DNA of 60,722 nucleotides from Mesotaenium endlicherianum (lineage: Eukaryota): positions 204,601-265,322 of the forward strand of contig WELA01001907.1 of NCBI GenBank assembly GCA_009602735.1. Direction: 5' to 3'. Both the position numbers and the translations under genes were made by a program. Below, in pieces: positions 54,532 to 60,722 of the stretch; position 1 is the first letter of the stretch; the number at the start of each line of letters is the position of its first letter. The notes beneath the pieces are model-generated. The model had not been told where the DNA came from. It did not search any database and was given only the letters and a program-made list of their open reading frames with translations.

Positions 54532-56170
54532 GTGTGCTCCTCTTATTGTCTTGTGGATGCTTTAACGGACTTGCCCGATGGTGTTGATGCAATTTTGGGT
54601 AACGCGTGGCTTTCGCAGACGAGTGCCATGTTGGACTACGGTCACCGTACGTGCATTGTTTGCAAGGGACGTCAAAAGATTACTCAACCTCTTTATTCAG
54701 GCATTGATTTGCATGGTCCTTTGAAGACTCTTCGTCTGTCCATCAAGCAAGCTCGGCGCTTGGCACAATTGACCTTCATCAAATGCTTACCAAAGGCTGT
54801 ACCAAGAATCCGTTTTTCCGAGATCACTTTGGTATCGTAGCCAACCCTGTAGGGGTCGTCATGGGCAGTATGGATAAAAGGAAATAACTCTCAAAATATA
54901 CATTTGATGCGGGGTTTTGAGCGCATTGTGGTCCCAGAAGGCCAAATAAGATATGTGCTTCTATGGGTAGCGCAGGACTCTTCTTACTGGAGTCATCATG
55001 GTATCACCTAATTCATTTGTCAGTTGCACCGAGGGTACACGTGGCCGCCCCTCAAAGTTGATGTTGCCGGCAAAAAAAACTAGGCCGGGAATGTGTTGCC
55101 AGCTAGGAAGCTGCATCCGTTGGAACTTGCCGGTGGCCCGTGGGAAAGCATTAGTCTCGACTTTGTCGTGGAATTGCCTACCACGCAAAGGGGTCACAAT
55201 GGGGTATTACCAATTGTGGATCATTTTACCAAGATGATGCACTGTTTGCCCACGAAACCATCACTTGATGCAAAAGAGACTGCGGTTCATCACGGGTTCA
55301 AGTTACATGGCATGCCGAAGGGTATTACAAGTGATTGTGGTAGTCAACTTATGAGCCACTTTTGGCAGGAAGTTTGTAAGAATTTTGACACGAAACTGCA
55401 GCTGTCAACAAGCTTCCATCGTGAGATCGATGGCCAAACAGAACGTATGAACCGCGTTCTTCAGCAATTTTTGTAAACCCCTTTTAAGACAATTGCAATA
55501 CCCTCCTCTCAGAGTTGTAGAGTTTGCCGTCAATAATGCTTACCGAGAAAGTGTTACGGACACGCCTTTCTTCCTTAAGAATGGACGACACCCGCATGAT
55601 CCTCTCACATGGTGAGATAGGGGAGTCATAAAAGTTCCAAGTGCATGCCAACTTGTCCATTCTCTGTAAGAGATGCGCAAACACGCAAAGTTGACCTTAG
55701 CCGCTGCCCGGGATTGGCAGAAAACGTTCCCTGTCACGCATAGGAAAGAGTTGAGTTTTGAGGTTAAAACAAAGCATTTGCATCTTAAGCACCTAAAAGA
55801 GCGCAAGCTTCGGCCTGGCTAGGTAGGCTCTTTTAGGCATCTGTTATGGCACAGTTTGGCCCTGTTGCATACCAACTGGGGTTACCAAAGTCAATGGGAC
55901 GTATGCATCCAGTGCCTTTTATCAATGTACTAAAGCTCTTTAGATCTGATGGCCGCTCTCAGCCACAGTTACCGGAGTTGGAACTCAAACAAGATGATAT
56001 AGCGTGGGACGTGGAAGAAGTCTTAGGACATGGCTACTACACCCGTCATAAGCCTCCACGAGTGGGACTTTTGAATAAGTGGCTAGAATAATTAACCGAT
56101 CGAGGGGTTCGTATGAACCGCAGGATGCAATCCTTCATCATTATAGTGACTTGATTCAGCAGTATTGAAC
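54532..56170 (+). pseudogene. Degenerate gypsy/chromovirus fragment: protease end, integrase, chromodomain
   Basis: DAILGNAWL; PWESISLDFVVELP..DGQTERMNRVL; GPVAYQLGLP..MHPV; WDVEEVLGH..KW. Confidence 0.8.
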
Positions 56171-56234
56171 AAACGCAAAGCTGCCATACCATGTTCGCCC
56201 GACCTTGTGATTTTTCCGCTCACTACTGCAAGCA

Positions 56235-56700
56235 TTAAAATCCATCATTTTTTGTTATAAGACTAGGGAATGGCGCGCCCATCACTGAATAACCTTGCAT
56301 GAACTTTGAAAAGTAATTAGGGTTTAGGGTTGTAATGCTCGGCCTCCGTCTTTGAATAGAGAAGGATATGAACAAACTTACCAGACTACGATCTAAGTAC
56401 ATCGTGCTTTGGAATGTAACCGGTGCATTGGAAACTCCAAAACTTAGGACCTTATATTGGGAGTGCCCAGATCGAGCGAGGAAAATACTTGTGCGGCGGA
56501 GACAATATATCATTGTGCAGCTTAGATCTTGTGGGGAAGTGGAGTATACGCTCCGCTTCCGAGCAAATTGTTGTAAACGCATCAATGTAGATTGGTGTAA
56601 GACACTTGTGCATTTCCCTAAAACAAGACAAGTGTGCGTAAACTGTACACCCTTTGGATCATGCAATTGAAAGCGCAAGAACATGCAAGCATGGATGCAC
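56235..56700 (-). pseudogene. Degenerate gypsy RT fragment
   Basis: RSGHSQYKVLSFGVSNAPVTFQ..YLD and NYFSKFMQGYSVMGAP..L. Confidence 0.7.
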
Positions 56701-57130
56701 TCGAGTTTTGTAAACTTGACAAAGCTCTACACTTTCATATCGTCTCCGCGTACCACATGATATCAAATATAGTTGTCCACTATAAACCTGTGAGGGGATT
56801 TGCAATAAGGCGAGACAAAACGCATCGTAGAGCCCCGTGCAAAATTGATGGATCTCGGTATTCACATCCACAGGAACGTTCATTATCTGGGCCACTAGAA
56901 TGCAAATTTTTTGACATAAGCTTTGATGGTCCCTGTGTGTTTGAGGGTGTAAAACTTCTCTCGAGCGACCTTGGAAGGGTTATGACGCCCAAACTACGTA
57001 ACGTGCGAGAGAACGTTCGCGAGTCGTTGAAGTGCTCAACAGCCGGCCACCTTGGTTGTGCTAGATCTTCGACATAACATGTACATTGTGTCACGTTTTC
57101 TTGTTATATAGCACAATCTCAACAATTATT

Positions 57131-57180
57131 GCGGTGGATTGCGGTGGATTGCGGTGGATTGCGGTGGATTGCGGTGGATC
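57131..57180. repeat. Tandem decamer (GCGGTGGATT) x5
   Basis: Direct read; degenerate copies continue to ~57204. Confidence 0.95.
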
Positions 57181-57685
57181 GCGATGGCAAGCGGGTGGAT
57201 TGCGTGCTTGTTGTTTTTCAACGACCCACTGACGCCCGAATCCTTGTGTGCAAAATTCCGTATGCGTGCAAAGATGTTGCTGACGTCTTTGTCCATTACG
57301 GACTTCCACACTCAGCCGTCGATGAACACATCTCGCTTTAAAGTAGGCTGCCGCGGTCTCCGCGGACGGGAATTACCAGGAATTCTTTGCAAAAAGCTGC
57401 TAATGGGTTATCACTGCTAGAAGACCTATGCCACGTTTAATTCTATTTTCGAACATAAGTGGTCCATTTGAAGTGGAGTGTGTACGCGTTTGCTTCTTAA
57501 TACGTGCCATGTAATGAAACAGCCAATCATAGCAGACAAAAAGCTTAGGGAGGTGTGACTGGGTAAATTGAAGGGTGATAGAGTAGGCCGGTCCACGGTG
57601 CCTGTTAGGCCGCGGCCTAGGGTCAATACCTAGAAAGAGTTAGTTAAGCCAGGTGGTTTTCGATAAGAGCGGCGCCCCAAAGGCC

Positions 57686-57727
57686 TGTATTGGGCAGCGG
57701 TGTATTGGGCAGCAGTGTATTGGGCAG
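57686..57727. repeat. Tandem 15-mer (TGTATTGGGCAGCRG) x ~3
   Basis: Direct read. Confidence 0.9.
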
Positions 57728-59205
57728 ACGGTGATCAGGCAGGATAAGAAATGTCACCTTATTTCTCTCCTACCCGGCACACCCTCCGAATGATCCTAGA
57801 CACTGTACGCTTAGTTTTGGTGTCGTAATGATGTGCTTCTCTCCCTCCGTTACGAAATAGAGTCTAACATATTTCAAAATGCCATCACTTATGCGCATAA
57901 GAACAAAGAAATCCATTGAGGAAGCAACTAATCAAAGCCATGATGTGAGTCCATCCAAAAAAGTAACGAGTGAGGCCATGGGTAAGTCTTTGGCCCACCT
58001 TTGAAGATTGAAAAAGGCAAATATATTTAAAGGCGTTATTGCGGCGGGCATACTTTGCGCTCTAAGAGCAGAAGATATCTTCCAAAAAAAAACCGGGTCC
58101 AGTGAACTGTCAATATGTAACTTCATGATGTGAAATAAATGTCAACAAATGAAAGACGGAGTGCAAAAGCTTATAAAGGCTTCATGTGGATGATTGAACA
58201 TCTTGCGAATAAGTTTAAAAAGGAATATTGAAAAAACTCGTTGCGTTCCTGATATAAATTGGTGGTGCGAATATATCGCACATCAGCGAGCGTGTTCAAC
58301 ACCCTTGCGCCAATTTTTGCTGTCCGAAATCTGGCCAGCATGAGTTGCTTGTAGTGACAGCACAATGGAGATGCAAGATTTGTGGCATTTATAGTTGGTG
58401 TGCATGCTGGCAAACTTATTCCCAATATGGGCAATGAGAACAGGAGTCATCCGCACATGAGGGCCTAGTTTCATGGCAAAGGAGATAAAACACCTCAAAA
58501 TTGACATTGTTAATGAACTAAAGGACTCTAGTGTCGCATAAAAGCGTATGTTGGGGAAAACACACATTCCGTATCAAAGGCCGTCTTGATGTGGCCAGGA
58601 GGTCAGGACGAGCGCATCCCAGAAGTAGTTTGAGGTGATTCTAGGTTTCTGAAGCAATCAAAAGCAAGAGAAAGATTCGAGAGAGTGACTTTAAAACCAA
58701 AAAGCACCGGCCCCATGTGAATGTCGAAAAGGCAGGTCGGATTCATTCTCTTTCATTCAAGTCATATGAATAGGCCAGTATTTTTCTGGTATGGTCAGAC
58801 TTTAATTTGCATGCATTTAGGTTTGTGTCCATGCAACATCACCTCCTGCATGGCCTCAGCAAATAACACGCCTCTTCATAGATGAACCGTGGTAACATCA
58901 CCGAGAGATGCTGGCAAATACATCTATTTCGAGGCAACTGAAACCATTCTCTGAGGGAGCAAGTTTAATTATGCAGGCTAGGTCACACATGAATCTCTGC
59001 CACGCACCGTTGACCACTTTCACATCACACTTTCTCGCTTCACAAACATGCAGCCCGGCTGCCTCTCCCCTGGCAGAAAAAGCACAAGAGGTGTACGCAC
59101 TATCTCGCAGTGAGTTGCTCCAGTGGACAGAGCCAGGGGGTCAATATTCAATAATTGGCAAGTACCAAAGAGAGGCAGCAGTGCGCTGCCAGCTGTGTCC
59201 TCAGA

Positions 59206-59591
59206 TCAATGTGAGTGTCCGATGGCGATTGCGGTACAGAGGAGCCCAAACACGAGGAATGGCTGCGACCTCCCCTGCTCACCCCATACCCACGTCACGC
59301 AAATAAATTCCAAAAGTTTCTCCTTGACCTTCCTTCTGGACATCTGCGGGCCTCCCCCACACTGACTTTGAGTGAGAAAGGGACAAGCAGGAGGAAGGGT
59401 ATGGCAGAGCAGGGCAGTCCACAACCTGTTCAGCTGATGGCTGCCCCGCTACCCGCTATGGTATGTCTACTGGTAGCAATGAAGATCAGTAGCGTGTAGA
59501 CACAGATATACTGGCTACATATCATGCTTCTGTTCACATGTGCTGTATACACGCACACACACGCGCGCGCGCATACACACACACACAGAGA

Positions 59592-59664
<73 letters not shown>

Positions 59665-60722
59665 NNNNNNNNNNNNNNNNNNNNNNNNNNNNNNNNNNNN
59701 NNNNNNNNNNNNNNNNNNNNNNNNNNNNNNNNNNNNNNNNNNNNNNNNNNNNNNNNNNNNNNNNNNNNNNNNNNNNNNNNNNNNNNNNNNNNNNNNNNNN
59801 NNNNNNNNNNNNNNNNNNNNNNNNNNNNNNNNNNNNNNNNNNNNNNNNNNNNNNNNNNNNNNNNNNNNNNNNNNNNNNNNNNNNNNNNNNNNNNNNNNNN
59901 NNNNNNNNNNNNNNNNNNNNNNNNNNNNNNNNNNNNNNNNNNNNNNNNNNNNNNNNNNNNNNNNNNNNNNNNNNNNNNNNNNNNNNNNNNNNNNNNNNNN
60001 NNNNNNNNNNNNNNNNNNNNNNNNNNNNNNNNNNNNNNNNNNNNNNNNNNNNNNNNNNNNNNNNNNNNNNNNNNNNNNNNNNNNNNNNNNNNNNNNNNNN
60101 NNNNNNNNNNNNNNNNNNNNNNNNNNNNNNNNNNNNNNNNNNNNNNNNNNNNNNNNNNNNNNNNNGGTGGATTGCGAGGCAGCCTGGCCCCAGCTTACCT
60201 GGTAGGCCACGTCGTTCTTGATGGGGTCCGGCAGGAACAGCGTTGCCTGTGCACGTGCAGAACACCCGCAGCCCAGCAGCATCAGCAGCAGGAGCAGAGC
60301 AGCATCAGCTTCTCAGCCACTCATGTGGGCCAGACGCATACGGTAAGCCCAGGCTGCGCCGGCAAAAGCTTCTCTCCCCAAATCTCCTCGACAAAGCACA
60401 CCCTCCTCCACACCCCTCTCCTCCCCTACAAGCACCCTCACATGCCACGGGGCGTTGCGTGCGCTCACCGAGCGAGCAGCAGCAGAGAGGAGGGAGGTGG
60501 CGGGCTGAAAGCATACATATATGCACAAGCACTCGCCCACACACGTGCAGCCACACACACACACAAACAAAAACCCACATAAATACACACGAGCAAACAC
60601 ACACACACACACCCTCTTTCTTGCACACGCGTACGCACCTGGAAGAAGATCTGGGGAGCGATGAGAGCGAGCAGCACGAGGCCGTACGTCGTCTGCCCCG
60701 TCAGCAGCAGATACCCTGCCGC
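59206..60722 (-). CDS. CHLG: Chlorophyll synthase, last three exons (5' part outside the window)
   Basis: Spliced GYLLLTGQTTYGLVLLALIAPQIFFQ|ATLFLPDPIKNDVAYQ|GRSQPFLVFGLLCTAIAIGHSH* matches the ChlG C-terminus. Confidence 0.87.
59586..59664. repeat. (AG)n microsatellite running into an assembly gap
   Basis: Direct read. Confidence 0.95.

Overview
Eukaryotic nuclear DNA from a green plant lineage, most likely a streptophyte alga (inferred from the plant-type genes, intron-dense structure, GC-rich internal exons and assembly N-gaps). There are three zones. (1) 1-20.6 kb is a nest of LTR retrotransposons. It includes a near-complete Ty3/gypsy chromovirus (1695-10378, TSD GTTAG) carrying a large extra ORF between integrase and the 3' LTR, and a degenerate gypsy element whose integrase ends in a PHD finger. 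(2) 20.9-40.6 kb is a compact host gene island: a plastid inner-envelope protein, an FBP7/FBXO9-like F-box gene preceded by a spliced 67-aa small ORF (candidate bicistron or conserved-peptide uORF), ferredoxin C2, a GBPL3-like guanylate-binding protein and PP2A-C. (3) 42.7-58.9 kb is a second TE nest. It contains a CpG-rich, decayed gag-protease-C5 DNA methyltransferase retroelement, a second copy of the extra-ORF element, and copia/gypsy fragments. The 3' end of chlorophyll synthase follows at the right edge. The top candidates for new biology are the retroelement-encoded DNMT3-like methyltransferase, the ~555-codon accessory ORF reconstructed from two chromovirus copies, and the small ORF-F-box pair.
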